Of a stretch of DNA of 64,000 bases, positions 24,775 to 37,356 are shown in pieces; within the stretch, counting starts at the first letter, position 1; each line of letters opens with the position of its first letter. The notes under the pieces are model-generated. The model did not search any database and was not told the DNA's origin. It saw only the letters and a list, made by a program, of their open reading frames with translations. The stretch covers positions 127,720,001-127,784,000 of the forward strand of contig NC_043001.1 of NCBI RefSeq assembly GCF_006345805.1, given 5' to 3'. The stretch is from Octopus sinensis. Its lineage: Eukaryota. The position numbers and the translations under genes are program-made.

Positions 24775-25319
24775 GAGGTGCATACCATCAAAGTGACACT
24801 GGGGTAAAATATACGAAGCCCAATATACCCATCATGACTACCCGTCTGATAAGGTTACACCAGGTACATGCATCACAACCATATGTGCGCGACATGGTGA
24901 TCTCATATCAAGACAAACAGCACATGACCTTGCAGGTGGGGCTGAGTTAGAATTTTCTTCTGGTCGAGTAACCCATCCCACTCAAAAGGTCCCTGAATAA
25001 GGTTTGTTTAAGGATGTTGAACGACCCACCCATGTTTCCAAAGGTGAATTATCCAAACTTCCAAGAATTTCTTTCAACACACGGCTCTGATGCTCCCCCA
25101 CTACTTCTGCTCATGATCAGAGATGCACATATTGTCAGCCTCTAAGGGACATGCTCAACTGGTTACGGTCAAACAACTGACAAGCAAATCTGTGGTATTG
25201 AGCAGAATATTTGCTGTAGCCCATTTTTTATACCAAGACAAAACAATGTACATGATAACACTTCCAATCAGTTAAGATGAGAAGCCATGAGAGCCACTGC
25301 CTGGTACTGCATCAGGGCA
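24775..25319. mobile_element. Unclassified about 545-bp insertion with a 14-bp TSD
   Basis: tattgagtgagaga at 24761-24774 and 25320-25333. No TIR, LTR or tRNA head seen. Confidence 0.65.
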
Positions 25320-25334
25320 TATTGAGTGAGAGAA

Positions 25335-25365
<31 letters not shown>

Positions 25366-25451
25366 TGCCTTATTACTAATTCTGCTTTGATAATTTTTGT
25401 AATTTCTATTAATGCCTATTTGTTTATTAATGAAAAATGCTTTCTCTTCAG

Positions 25452-25555
25452 CTGGAAAATATAAAACACAAGTAGTTACAGCTTGCAGAACTGCCATCAA
25501 GAATAACAATATAGGAGCACTTATGAAGATTATTACTACAGGAGCATCTTCCTAA
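25452..25555 (+). CDS. BBS2: BBS2 last coding exon (GKYKTQVVTACRTAIKNNNIGALMKIITTGASS*)
   Basis: ctcttcag acceptor, TAA stop at 25553-25555. Matches human [34 protein letters not shown]. The ten exons total 1026 nt (342 codons). Confidence 0.96.
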
Positions 25556-26880
25556 CTGAAGAAGGTCACTGCTTTTGAAAAATTTTGAAATTCCATCCAA
25601 AGGAAAATTTCCGAGATTTTTTTTTTCTTTCGTTGTTAGATTAAAAAAGAAAATTATAATAATGGTAAGAGTAATTATTATTATTATTTAAAATCCTTAA
25701 GGTGGCAAGCTGGCGGAATTGTTAACACACCAGACAAACCCAAAATGTTGAGCAGTATTTCTTTTGGCTGTACATTTTGAGTGGAAATTCCACTGAGGTC
25801 TAGTTTGCCTTTCATCCTTTTGGGATTGATGAAATAAGCACCAGTTTAGCACCAGGGTTGATGTAATTGACTAACACCCTCCCACATAATTTCAGGCTTC
25901 ATGCCTATAACAGAAAGAATTATTATTTCAAATCCTATCATGGTTAACTTTGCCTTTCATCTTTCCAGGGTCAGTGTAATTTACTATTCTCCTTGCCATA
26001 AATGTCTGACCTTACTATTACTACTACTACTCAATATTATTATGGCGTGCAATGGATTGGTAGAAACATTAGAATGTCAGCAAAAAATGCCTAACAGTTC
26101 CAACACTTTAAATTCTGTGTTCAAATTTTGCCACAATCAATTTTGCTTTCCATCCATTCAGAGTCACTAAAATAAAGTACCAGTCTAGTACAAATATAGA
26201 TGGTATCAACTAACCCATCCCCTCAAAATTGCTGGCATTGTACCTAATTTAGAAACCATTATTATTGTATTTGAGGGCAACAACTTGGCAGAATCATTAG
26301 ACCATCCAGCTCTTTAAATTCTGAGTTCAAACCTCACTTGTGGTCAACTTAGCCCTTCATTCTTCTGGTGTTGGTAAAATAAAGTACTGGTCTGCAAAAT
26401 TGCTCTCCATGTGCCTAAATTAGCCATTATAAGGGCAGTGGATTTGCAGAATCATTAGAGGATCAACGAAAATATTTCCATGTTTGTTCTCACTCTTTAC
26501 TCTCTGAGTTCAAATCGCACTGAGGTCACCTTTCCATTGCTCCTTTCAGAGTTGTTAAAATAGAAAGTTATTTTACCAAGTAATGGGATCAGTGATATTA
26601 ACTAACCACTTCCCTTCAGACTTGCTCACCTTGAATAGAAATCAAAATAGAAACCACTATCATTTCTAATATAGATAGAAAAATAAGGTGGCAAGTTGAC
26701 AGAATCATTAGCACACCAGACAAAATGCTAAGAAGCATTTCATTTGTCTTTACGTTCTGAGTTCAAATTCCAATGTAGTCGACTTTGCCTTGCATCCTTC
26801 TGGGGTCGATAAAATAAGCACCAGTTAAGCTCAGGGGTCGATTTAATCGACTAGTTCCCCTCTCCAAGAAATTTCAGGTA

Positions 26881-27025
26881 GGCTTGTGGAGATTGCCATA
26901 GAGTTGCTTATTCCTCCCATTCTGCATTTAGCTTTTGGTGGTGAGGGCCATCTGGAACATCTATGTGTAGAAACCATTGAATAGCTTACCATGGAGCTAG
27001 TGAAGGTAGAAAGATTTCTCACCTG
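26881..27025 (-). mobile_element. Decayed RTE-type LINE fragment
   Basis: - strand frame reads LHGKLFN...NKQLYGNL with stops, resembling an RTE ORF2 segment. Confidence 0.45.
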
Positions 27026-27234
27026 TAAATGCAAAGTGTCTTGATTACTACTCTTAAAATTTTCTTTTTGATTTGTCTGGAGAAGTTACAGATTCAGAAT
27101 AATCTTTGTACCATTAAAGCATTTTCCAAACAATGTTTTTTTATTTTGTCTCCCCACTTACAATAACTTAAAAATAATAAGTTTTTAAAAAAAACTTAAT
27201 AAATAATGAAAGCTAATTAATTGAATTGAGAGAA

Positions 27235-27266
<32 letters not shown>

Positions 27267-27644
27267 AGTGTTGTAAAAGATAGAGATAACAAGGAAACCA
27301 AAGAAAAATAATTTTAAAAAACAGTGCCTTTGTAATATCATTTATCACCCAATCAGCCCTAATACAGCAGAACAAATGTGTTCCAGCTAGGCTACACATT
27401 TTTTTATCAATTTAGCATGGTATATCTAAGAATACATTATCCAATGTATCCTTTTTTTTTTTCTTAAGAAGGCAGGGCCTGTATTTAAGGAGATTTGGCT
27501 GTTATTTCTAGAAAACTGAGAAACCACATAGAGGCTCTCTCATTTACCTTTGTGTTTTTATGTCAAGAAGTACTTTGTAGTTGTTTTACTGTAAAATTCT
27601 GTATTTTCATAGAGTGTTTCTTTATAGATGAACTTTTTGTAGAA

Positions 27645-27726
27645 AATAAACAGATGTAATCAACATGAATGAAAGATTTATTTTTAATAAACATTTATGA
27701 ATTTTATTGTCTTTTGTTTAAATAAA
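27645..27726 (+). terminator. Candidate BBS2 polyadenylation signal cluster
   Basis: Three AATAAA hexamers (27645, 27686, 27721) in U-rich non-repeat sequence about 2.1 kb past the stop. No transcript evidence. Confidence 0.25.
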
Positions 27727-27894
27727 TGAACATCTCTTGGTTGGCTCTCTGCATGAGTATGAACATAAAGATCACTAACTCTCTTTCTTTTCTGTCATTC
27801 AACTTTTGTATTTTATATTCTTTATATTTTCAAAGCTGAAAACACTTTAGCAATTACTCAGACGCTAGAGCTTTGAGTGGGTAGAGAAATGTCG

Positions 27895-28940
27895 TCATCA
27901 TCATCATCATTTAGCACCTCTTTTTTTCATGCTAGGATGGATTGGATGATTCAACATGAGCCAATGAGTCGGAAGACTGTGGTAAACTCCAGTTCCTGCT
28001 TTCGAATAGTTTCTACAGCTGGATGCTCCTCTTAACAGCAATCACTTTACAGAATCTACTGAGTGCTTTTTCATGGTACCATCACTAATGAGACCATCAA
28101 GTACTTGCAAGACAAGAACCCTCAACTGAGTGGAGTGTAGTACTGATGAGTGGGAAAGGATAATAAAAGGACAGAATCATATGTATTGCTGAAGAAGTAA
28201 AAATATTTCCTTTTTTCTATTAGAAAAAGTGACTCAGCTATTAGAGCAAGGTCATTAGCATAGAGGAGCTCATGGAGGACTATGATGAATAAGAGTGGGC
28301 TGAGGACTGATCCTCAGTGGACCCCTGCCCCTACCTGGAATTCTTCACTATACTCATTGCCAAACCTCACCTTACTGACAGCATCCCTGTACATGGCTTT
28401 ACAGCTCTCACTAACCACTCATCTATCCCTAGTTTCCACATGGACCTCCAGATAAAAGACAGAAAGACCCTGTCAAAGGCTTTTCCCATATCAACGAAAG
28501 CCAGTACAGAGGTTTATCTTTGACTAGGTATTTCTCCTGCAGCTGTCTTACCAGAAATATAGCATCAGTGGTGCTTCTCCCTGGCACAAACCCAAACTGC
28601 ATCTTGTCTAAACTAACTCTCACCCTAATTTGTTGGGCTATGACCTTCTTCATGACTGTCATCACCTGATCCAACAACTTGATACCTCTGTAATTATTCA
28701 TATCTAATGCATCACATTTACCTTTGTAGCAGTCGGCTATGGTGCTGCTACACCAGTCATTGGGCATAACTCCTTCCTGTATCACCTGATTGACTAAACA
28801 GGTGACTAGACTATAGCCTACACTGCCAGATATTTTAAGTATCTCTGCAGTGATTCTTGATGGGCAGAGGGCTTTCCCTGTCATCATACCCTTAATTGCT
28901 TTATCTACCAAGGTACTGTCAATTTGGATAGCTGGTCCCT
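27895..28940 (-). mobile_element. Old RTE LINE (RT fragment joined to the 3' tail, internally deleted)
   Basis: ORF 28429-28911: YKGKCDALDMNNYRGIKLL...QFGF...STTDAIFLVRQLQEK; YADDL region near 28260. Confidence 0.85.
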
Positions 28941-29029
28941 CTGTTGGGTCGACATATCAAACGAAAATAATACGTGTGTGTATGAGTGTACATTTGTATG
29001 TATACACACACATACACACACACACTTAT

Positions 29030-30295
29030 AGATATCATCATCATCATCATTTAATGTCCTCCTTCCATACTGGTATGAGCTGGATGGTTTGACAGGAGCT
29101 GGCCAGGCAGAAGCCTGCACCATATTTCTGTGTCAGTTTTGGCATGGCTTTTTATGGGTAGATGCCCTTCCTAGCACCAACCACTCTACAAAGTGGGCTG
29201 AGTGCTTTTCACATGACTCCAGCACAGACTTGGTCAGTTTTGGTATGGTTTTTACAGCTGGATGCCCTTCTAAATGCCAACTACTTTACAGTGTGGACCG
29301 AATACTTTTTAAGTGGCACCTGCACTTGAGATGCAGGTGCCATTTTGCATGAGGTTCTCTAGAACCATATACCACCAGACATCTCAGTCCATTTTCATTT
29401 CCTCCATGAGCCCCAACATCCTGAAATTGGTCCTCACCACTTCATCCCATGTCTTCCATAGGTACCATCCACTTTCAATGACCAGCACATGTCCAAACCA
29501 ACATAGTCTCCTCTCTTGCATGCTGCATTTGAATCCTCTTATGCCCAACTTTTCTCTCAACACATTTGCACTTTGTCGTTCATGCATACTGATGCTGCAC
29601 ATCCAGCAGAGCATACTGCCTTCATTCCTCTGCATTCAGAGCCTATGTCTCACTAACATGGTGTATAGCCATTCATACATAGGCATCATACAATCTACAT
29701 TTCATTCTGAGAGAGAGAGAGAGTCCTTTTATTGCCAGCAGAGTTAGTAGCTCTCTGAACTTCCTTCATGCTATTCTTATTCTAGAAACAATACTTTCAG
29801 AGCATCCACCCAACATTGCTAATTTGGTCACCTATGTAACAGAAATTATCTACTACTTCAAGAGAGCCCCCTGAGCATTTGAGAGAGTCTAATTCCCATG
29901 TGCTCTTGGTGCTTATTGTTCTTGCACATCTGCTGTACATGAAGGTGACTTCATCTGTTAATCTACCTGTGATTCCACTGCATCTTTATGCATCTTTAGC
30001 TTACACTGGGTGCAGCAAATGGATTACTTCCCACTCCTTTCCTACCTATTGTACAGGGCCATTTACCTGACAGAAAGAGTCTTATCTGCTCTCTTGCTAA
30101 CAATACTTTTGGTCTTAGCTAGGTTAAATTTAAGGCCCTTTGATTTGAGGTTTTGCTTCCATACCAGGAATTTCTTCTCCAATTCTGCTACAGATTCTGT
30201 AATAAGAGTGAGGTCATCAACATATAGTTGTTCCCACAGGCATCCAGTTTTGAATTCTTATGTTTACCATTCTACATGTTTCATGGTTTGTTTCT
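29030..30295 (-). mobile_element. Old RTE LINE 3' portion
   Basis: YADDL-to-C-terminus relic (QERRLCWFGHV) followed by the 3' UTR and (GAT)n tail. Confidence 0.85.
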
Positions 30296-30894
30296 TTTGT
30301 ACCCATCTCTCCCTTCTTCTTAAGCTCTTTGATAAGTCACAATTGCACCCCTTGTTTTATAAAATCTAATAAATTTCATTTTTGTATGTTATCTCAGTTC
30401 AGTTTGAGTTTATTTATTATGTTCCAGTCAGATGAAAGTGGAAGACCTGCTTCAATTCATGTTTTATAACCCTCTGTCAGCCATGACCCTCCTGTCTTTT
30501 TGCACATCTATGAGTACATTATCCAATATATCTATATATCTATCCTTTTCTTAGAAGGTAGGGTATGATTTGAGGAAATGTGGCTTTTGTTTTTTAACTA
30601 GTAAAGTGAGTGTGTAGGGCATCATTTGTTGGTTCTTCATCCAAAAGGAATTGATCTTGTTATACCTATTGGTAGAATGCCATGTACAATTTTTCATTAC
30701 AAGCCAACAACTAAAATTAAAATATATATTAACAAATGCATAGATTTGTTTTTAATATTCCCTTCAAATTGTGTGCTCTGAACATAATTTCTGAAATAAC
30801 TGGGACAAGTACCTAAGTACAGATTTTGGTTGAAATTGGATACCAATTATTCAAATGAGTTGTAAACCATTCTAGAAATTGTCTACTCAACTCA

Positions 30895-32945
30895 TAGGAG
30901 TTGTTCCAAAAGTTGGTACAACTTTATTATTACCTGACTTAGGTTGCTCAAATAGCAAATGTTGTTTGAGCAATTCTTCCTCTATACAACGGTATTAGTC
31001 AACACAGTTTTCATCAGAAGTGATGCATTTGTGCCATCATTGAACCCTATTTTCAAATTCTCTCTGAAAAATTAAAGTGTGCACTGTTGTACTCACTTCT
31101 TCATGGTAACTTTCACCTTTTCTGTGTCATCAATCTGTTGTATAGTGAAACTGTACACCTCTCCTGGTAAAAAGTGGTAGGAGCCAGCCATTATAAATAG
31201 ACCAGTAGCTAGTCAACACAAGCAGAGAGAGAAGGTCGAAAGTATGTGTAGACTGAGTTAATAGTCATGTCTGTGCTGATATAGTAATTATACTGTGATA
31301 CTGAGTGGACGTTATAACACTCCAACAACCTTTTGGGGATAATAACACTGAATGACTGGGGGTCATACAGTGCCAGATAGATCCATTCTATTGACAACTT
31401 TGGAATATAACAATATCTGTCAGAGCGACAACTGTCATCAAAAGACAGATACAACAGTGGCTAAAGACCACTTTACAACACAATCGCAGTCTCTAACAAT
31501 TCTTCTTCTTTGGACTGAACAGCTGGAAGTCAAAGAACATCAAAGGTAAACTGTATGGTAGACAGGCATCACTAATCAGCTCAGTTGGCTGATTACCTGT
31601 TTTGTTGCCAAAGATGTGTGAAATCATGCATGTCATAGTGAATGTGGATTATTAGCAGATTCTTTTGCAATCTCTACCTTCTAATCCCTCTCTCTCTCTC
31701 TCTTTTGGAGAGGCACTGAGCACCTATACGCACACATACACACACGGCAGTAACTTCCACCTACCGAATTCAATCACAAAGCTCCGGTCGGCTCGGGGCT
31801 ATAGTGGAAGACACCTACCCAAAGTGCCACGCAGTGGGACTGAACCCGAAACCATGTAGCTAGGAAGCAAGCTCCCTAACCACACAGCCATGCCCGCGCC
31901 TCTTCTCTAAAATCTTTTACTGTCTTAGTGTGCCACTCACTGTTCATGGTACAGCCATGGAACAGAAAACTAAAGGGAATGACACCCTTGTCATACCTAA
32001 TAGTTTATGTCAATTACAGGCTCTTGAAATTCTTAGTTATTGGAGAGAAGATATGGCATCATTTCATGGACTGAGACTTTGTTTCCAGAACATAAGGATA
32101 CACCTACATTTTGTCCTCTGTCACCAGATAGAAAAAAAATGATGTCTTCATTAGCTTCCAACAATCCCAACACTTCAGAACAGACCTCCACACTTCTCTC
32201 CTTCAAATCAGGCACAAACTGCACAGGTACTCATTTTGCAAACATGTTCCAATACCCCAAATCTTCCACTATCTTCTGTAATGCATCATGACAACAGTCC
32301 AGTTATGCAGAAAGCTCACAGATGGTAATTCATCTATGCATGCACATTAATTTGTCTACAAGATGGCAATTTGCAGAGTGGTCGTGCTTGATGGTCTACA
32401 ATTCTGTGGTTCATCTTCAATGTTGGTTTAACCCTTGTTTAACCCTTTAGCATTTAAACCGGCCATATCCGGCCAAAAGTATTCTGCCTGTTTTATGTTC
32501 AAACTGGCCAGATCTGGTCTCTCACACCAACCCTACAATATCGTTTTAAAAATTAACAGCTACCTCATCAAAATCTCATAGCTACAAGATAATGCATGAT
32601 TAGTTCAAAACAATGTGGATAAAGAAGCATTAATTTTGGCAGAATAATGCGAACACTAAAGGGTTAAACTTCATCCATATATACACAACGCTCTTGTCAA
32701 TGGTGTCATTTCTGTAAGCAATGTGTAACAATGATAGTGATGATGTTATATGTGTGTGTGTGTGTGTTTTCATGGATGATAGGAAGCAAAGGACACCATC
32801 GGCAAGTCAGTGACATCATTTGCAATAATCACATGAAATCAAGATAAGGAGACACTAACACACGCACATATTCAGCAGTGTCAGTACCAAACAGTGTTTA
32901 GGTATGAGTGAAATTTAGGTTAATTAAAAAATGTTTGTGACATAC
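30895..32945 (-). mobile_element. Decayed mariner transposon with nested SINE (31700-31902) and piggyBac-like MITE
   Basis: Frameshifted peptides VPDLKERSVEVCSEVLGLLEANED, VTEDK..YPYVLETKSQSM, GSYHFLP and VQ*WHKCITSDENCVD* are collinear with a mariner transposase. Confidence 0.75.
32443..32663 (+). mobile_element. piggyBac-like MITE (221 bp)
   Basis: TTAA|CCCTTTAG ... CTAAAGGG|TTAA; near-identical copy at 59179-59399. Confidence 0.9.
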
Positions 32946-33671
32946 TTCAACTTCTAACGACAAATTCAATGCAATTCTCTCTTATGGTAAAAGGTGTAAA
33001 CACACCATATCTACCCAGTGTTGCCTGCTATCAGATTCCCAGATGCTGTGTTTCTAGTTCTTAAGCTGTTATCCAAGGAGAAATACGGAAAAGAAATAAC
33101 TCTGGGAAGATTTTAAAGTTGTAGCTTTAACTAAAACACAACAACATTGACTGTCAAGTTGGAAGAAATTCAACAGTATTAGAGCCAAACAGTGTTTAGG
33201 CATAAGTGAACTTAATTAAAATATGCAGTGAATTTGCCTTCAAAAGTTAAAATATGTCACAAACATATTTTAACTAACCTGCTTTAAGAAGTCTCATCTA
33301 ACTCATGCCAGCCTGAGAAAAGTGAACATAAAAACAATTACAAAGAGGATAATGATAATGATGGGGAGGGTTTATGTAAATTAATATGGGATTAGTTTCT
33401 GTAATTTCATGCATGCATCTATGGAGTACATTTATCAAAATTAGTCACAGATGTGTACTACTAACCTAGACACTATTGACAATATCAAATGAAAAGCTAA
33501 GCAAATCATTAGTAGTTTAGTAACTTGTAACTCTGAAGAGGAAGTAGAGAATATATCTCATAGCATTAGCAGTTTTCATGTTGTTGTTAGGGGTAAAAAA
33601 ATAGCGAATTAACCAATTTAATGGTTGGAAGAAATATATGAAAGCAAAAAAAGGAAAAAGAAATTAGCCAT

Positions 33672-34088
33672 ACTCTTTACTCTCTTTTACTCTTTTACTT
33701 GTTTCAGTCATTTGACTGCGGCCATGCTGGAGCACTGCCTTTAGTCAAGCAAATCGACCCCGGGACTTATTCTTTGTAAGCCCAGTACTTATTCTATCGG
33801 TCTCTTTTTGCCGAACCGCTAAGTGACGGGGACGTAAACACACCAGCATTGGTTGTCAAGCAATGCTAGGGGAACAAACACAGACACACAAACACACACA
33901 CATACATATATATATATATACATATATATGACAGGCTTCTTTCAGTTTCCGTCTACCAAATCCACTCACAAGGCATTGGTCGGCCCGGGGCTATAGCAGA
34001 AGACACTTGCCCAAGATGCCACGCAGTGGGACTGAACCCAGAACCATGTGGTTGGTTAGCAAGCTACTTACCACACAGCCACTCCTGT
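33672..34088 (-). mobile_element. SINE family 1, full length
   Basis: Reverse complement of the consensus. Confidence 0.85.
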
Positions 34089-34118
34089 GCATAGTATGAA
34101 TTTCTTTTTTTTTTTTAA

Positions 34119-34565
34119 ATATTTATCAAATTTAAGGCAGGGAGCTGGCAGAATCATGAGCAAGTTATGCAAAATACTTAGTGGCATTTCATCCATTTTT
34201 ATGTTCTAAGTTCAAATTCCACTGAGGTCGACTTTGCCTTTCATCCTTTCGGGGTTAATAAAGTAAGTACCAGTTGAGCACTGGAGTCGATGTAATTAAC
34301 TAACCCACTCTTCCGAATTTCTGGCCTTTTACTAATATTATCAAATTTAAGGCAGGGAGCTGGCAGAATCATGAGCAAGTTATGCAAAATACTTAGTGGC
34401 ATTTCATCCATTTTTATGTTCTAAGTTCAAATTCCACTGAGGTCGACTTTGCCTTTCATCCTTTCGGGGTTAATAAAGTAAGTACCAGTTGAGCACTGGA
34501 GTCGATGTAATTAACTAACCCACTCTTCCGAAATTTCTGGCCTTTTACTAATATTTATCAAATTT
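34119..34565 (+). repeat. Tandem duplication (about 216-bp unit) of an old family 2-related SINE
   Basis: The two units differ only by about two 1-bp indels. Confidence 0.9.
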
Positions 34566-35122
34566 ACTCACCAATGGTCCTTACAATATATATTCTTTTA
34601 CAGGTTTCTGACATTGGACTGCTGAGATACCAGCTTCAAGTGGTTTAATTGAGCACATCAAACCCAGTATTTCAGTCCGGTACTTACTTTAGTGATATAC
34701 TTTTATGGATTGACCAAGTTATTTTCTTGACAAGATGTAAACATATCCACAACTGAATGCAAATAAAACATATCTACAAAAATACATACCCATAAATACA
34801 AATACACACACACACACACATATATGGCCTTGTGGTTAGGGCGTTGAACCCATGATAGAGAGATCAATACCTAGGCCAAGTGGTGTATTGTGTTCTTGAG
34901 CAAAACACTTCATCTCACGTTGTTCTGTGATCACGTGGCACATGGTACACCATGCACTTGTTCAGGCAACATCGATTTGAAGGAAGAAGTGAGCTAATGT
35001 GCAGTATGAACATTTGATTGCTATAAACAATTCATTTGTGTAGGTCATTCAACAAAAGCTGAATGCTCATATGTCATCTTCAACGGTAGAGTCCATCATG
35101 TGTGTGTGTGTGTGTGGGTATG

Positions 35123-35397
35123 TACATTTTGAGCCTACGCTCTTCAACAAAAAGGAACACAAAGAAATAAACAGAGAAATAATATATATATATACTTAGA
35201 TTTAAAGCAACATATATATATAAACAATTGACTGAAAAATGATGAGCTAACCCAGGCCAGAATCTTACCCACAAATCAACACTTACATGGACTATTAAAG
35301 TATATATTCATAAAATTTGGCTGAAATTGATGAGTGAGTGTTTGGCCCAATTGGATGCACAAGGAGCCATGTAAGCATTGATTTGTGGGTTTGATTC
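35123..35397 (+). repeat. 275-bp dispersed direct repeat of 39270-39544
   Basis: Near-identical by eye, 4.15 kb apart. Confidence 0.9.
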
Positions 35398-35568
35398 ACA
35401 GATCTGTGAACTCTACGTATGTACATGCATATATCTTTTGTATGATGTAAAAGGGTAAAATCTCTTTATATATGTATAGTTAATCCAAATATGAAAACAC
35501 AACAACGCGAGGACGTGGAACAAGTATAGTAATATTGGACACTCAGGAAAGGAAAGAAAGAAGGAGGA

Positions 35569-35601
35569 TTTAACGTTTCGAGCAGAGCTCTTCATCAGAA
35601 A
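35569..35601 (-). ncRNA. Minimal type I hammerhead motif with intact core
   Basis: - strand reads TTT CTGATGA A GAGC-TCT-GCTC GAAA CG TT AAA; palindromic ACGT stem III. Confidence 0.65.
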
Positions 35602-35915
35602 CATAGAAAAAGGAAAGATCCAAGGAAGGGAAGATGGAGGAAAAAAAATCGCCAACGATACACACGTGTTCACATGCGTATATATGTATGTATTCAATAT
35701 TATCTAGGTAATAACCTCATAGTGTGCATTTAAAAGGTCCTATATAGTTATCAGTTACCATATATCATCACATAGCAAGGTTATTCATGTTATTGGACAT
35801 ACAAGTGAAAGGAACTCCATGGAGTATATACAGAATTTATATAAAAATTAATACAGCTAGAAGACAGAACGAACAGGCTCTAATTACAAAACACAAGAAT
35901 TGTATTTGTGTAATG

Positions 35916-36134
35916 CAGTGCTTTTCAAACTTTTTACTGGAGCGGAACCCCAAGTAAACATTCCACTGGCTCGAGGAACCCTTGTGCAATAATTTAATAG
36001 TTTTATGCACACATATCTGCACAGGAGAATTAAAAATTACTGCCGATTTTAGCAGCTTTGTAACTTCCTGCCAAACCCCTGGACTGTACTGGCGGAACCC
36101 TAAGGTTCCGTGGAACCCTGATTGAAAACCACTG
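35916..36134. mobile_element. hAT-type MITE (219 bp)
   Basis: TIR cagtg(c/g)ttttcaa and 8-bp TSD gtgtaatg on both sides. Confidence 0.88.
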
Positions 36135-36317
36135 GTGTAATGATAACAGTTGTTAGTTCCTGAGTTTTCCTTATCATACAATTACATAAATTATTTAGTA
36201 AATAATTACGTAAATAAATATTAACAAGCAGCAGCACGTCATCAGTTGAGTGGTTGTGATAGCACTTTGATAGCAGTGCTATCACAGCCACTACCCTGAT
36301 GACATACTGGCACACTG

Positions 36318-36850
36318 ATATCAAATTACTATCAAATTACTATAAAGGCGGCGAGCAGGCAGAAACGTTAGCACGCCGGGCGAAATGCGTAGCCGTATTT
36401 CGTCTGTCGTTAGGTTGTGAGTTCAAATTCCGCCAAGGTCGACTTTGCCTTACATCCTTTCGGGGGTCGATAAATAAAGTACCAGTTACGCACTGGGGTC
36501 GATGTAATTGACTTAATCCCTTTGTTTGTTTGTCCTTGTTTGTCCCCTCTATGTCTAGCCCCTTGTGGGCAATAAAGAAATAGATATCAAATTACTATAA
36601 AGGTGGCGAGCTGGCAGAAACGTTAGCATGCCGGGCGAAATGCGTAGCCGTATTTCGTCTGTCGTTAGGTTGTGAGTTCAAATTCCGCCGAAGTCAACTT
36701 TGCCTTTCATCTTTTCGGGGTCGATAAATAAAGTACCAGTTACGCACTGGGGTCGATGTAATTGACTTAATCCCTTTGTTTGTCCTTGTTTGTTCCCTCT
36801 ATGTCTAGCCCCTTGTGGGCAATAAAGAAATAGATATCAAATTACTATCA
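36318..36850 (+). repeat. Head-to-tail dimer of SINE family 2 (250-bp unit)
   Basis: atatcaaattacta occurs before, between and after the two copies. Confidence 0.9.
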
Positions 36851-37179
36851 AAGCCAATCACCTGATGATATGCCAGTACACGGTTGCCGTTGGCTCATTT
36901 ATTTATGCAATTATTTATTAAATAATTATGTAATAGTATGATATGGAAAACACACTGCTATCAAAGTGATATCAAAACCACTGACCTGGTGGTCTTCTGG
37001 TACACAACTGCTGCTGGATTATATTTTATTAACATGATTATTTATAAAATAATTTATGCAGTAGTATGATATGGAAAACTCAGAAACTAACAGCTGTTAC
37101 CACTGCACAGAAACTATTGTTATTTATCTATCTGTTTGGCTGGCTGGCTGGCTGGCTGACTGTCTGTCTGTCTGTTTAC

Positions 37180-37183
37180 CTAC

Positions 37184-37252
<69 letters not shown>

Positions 37253-37318
37253 CATTTATATAAATATATATATGCACATATGTATGTATGTATGTATGTA
37301 TGTATGTTTATATGCACA

Positions 37319-37355
<37 letters not shown>
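37180..37355. repeat. Compound (ATCT)n/(ATGT)n/(GT)n microsatellite
   Basis: Direct reading. Confidence 0.95.

Positions 37356-37356
<1 letters not shown>

Noticed and set aside
26843-27034. Minus-strand ORF with cag|GTGAGA and GTAAGC splice-like sites
   Set aside because: Another frame shows an RTE ORF2 relic (NKQLYGNL); no host protein similarity.
31097-31454. Apparent minus-strand exon (AG...GTGAGT) and 81-aa ORF suggesting a second gene
   Set aside because: Peptides across frames match a decayed mariner transposase C-terminus; the splice-like signals are incidental.
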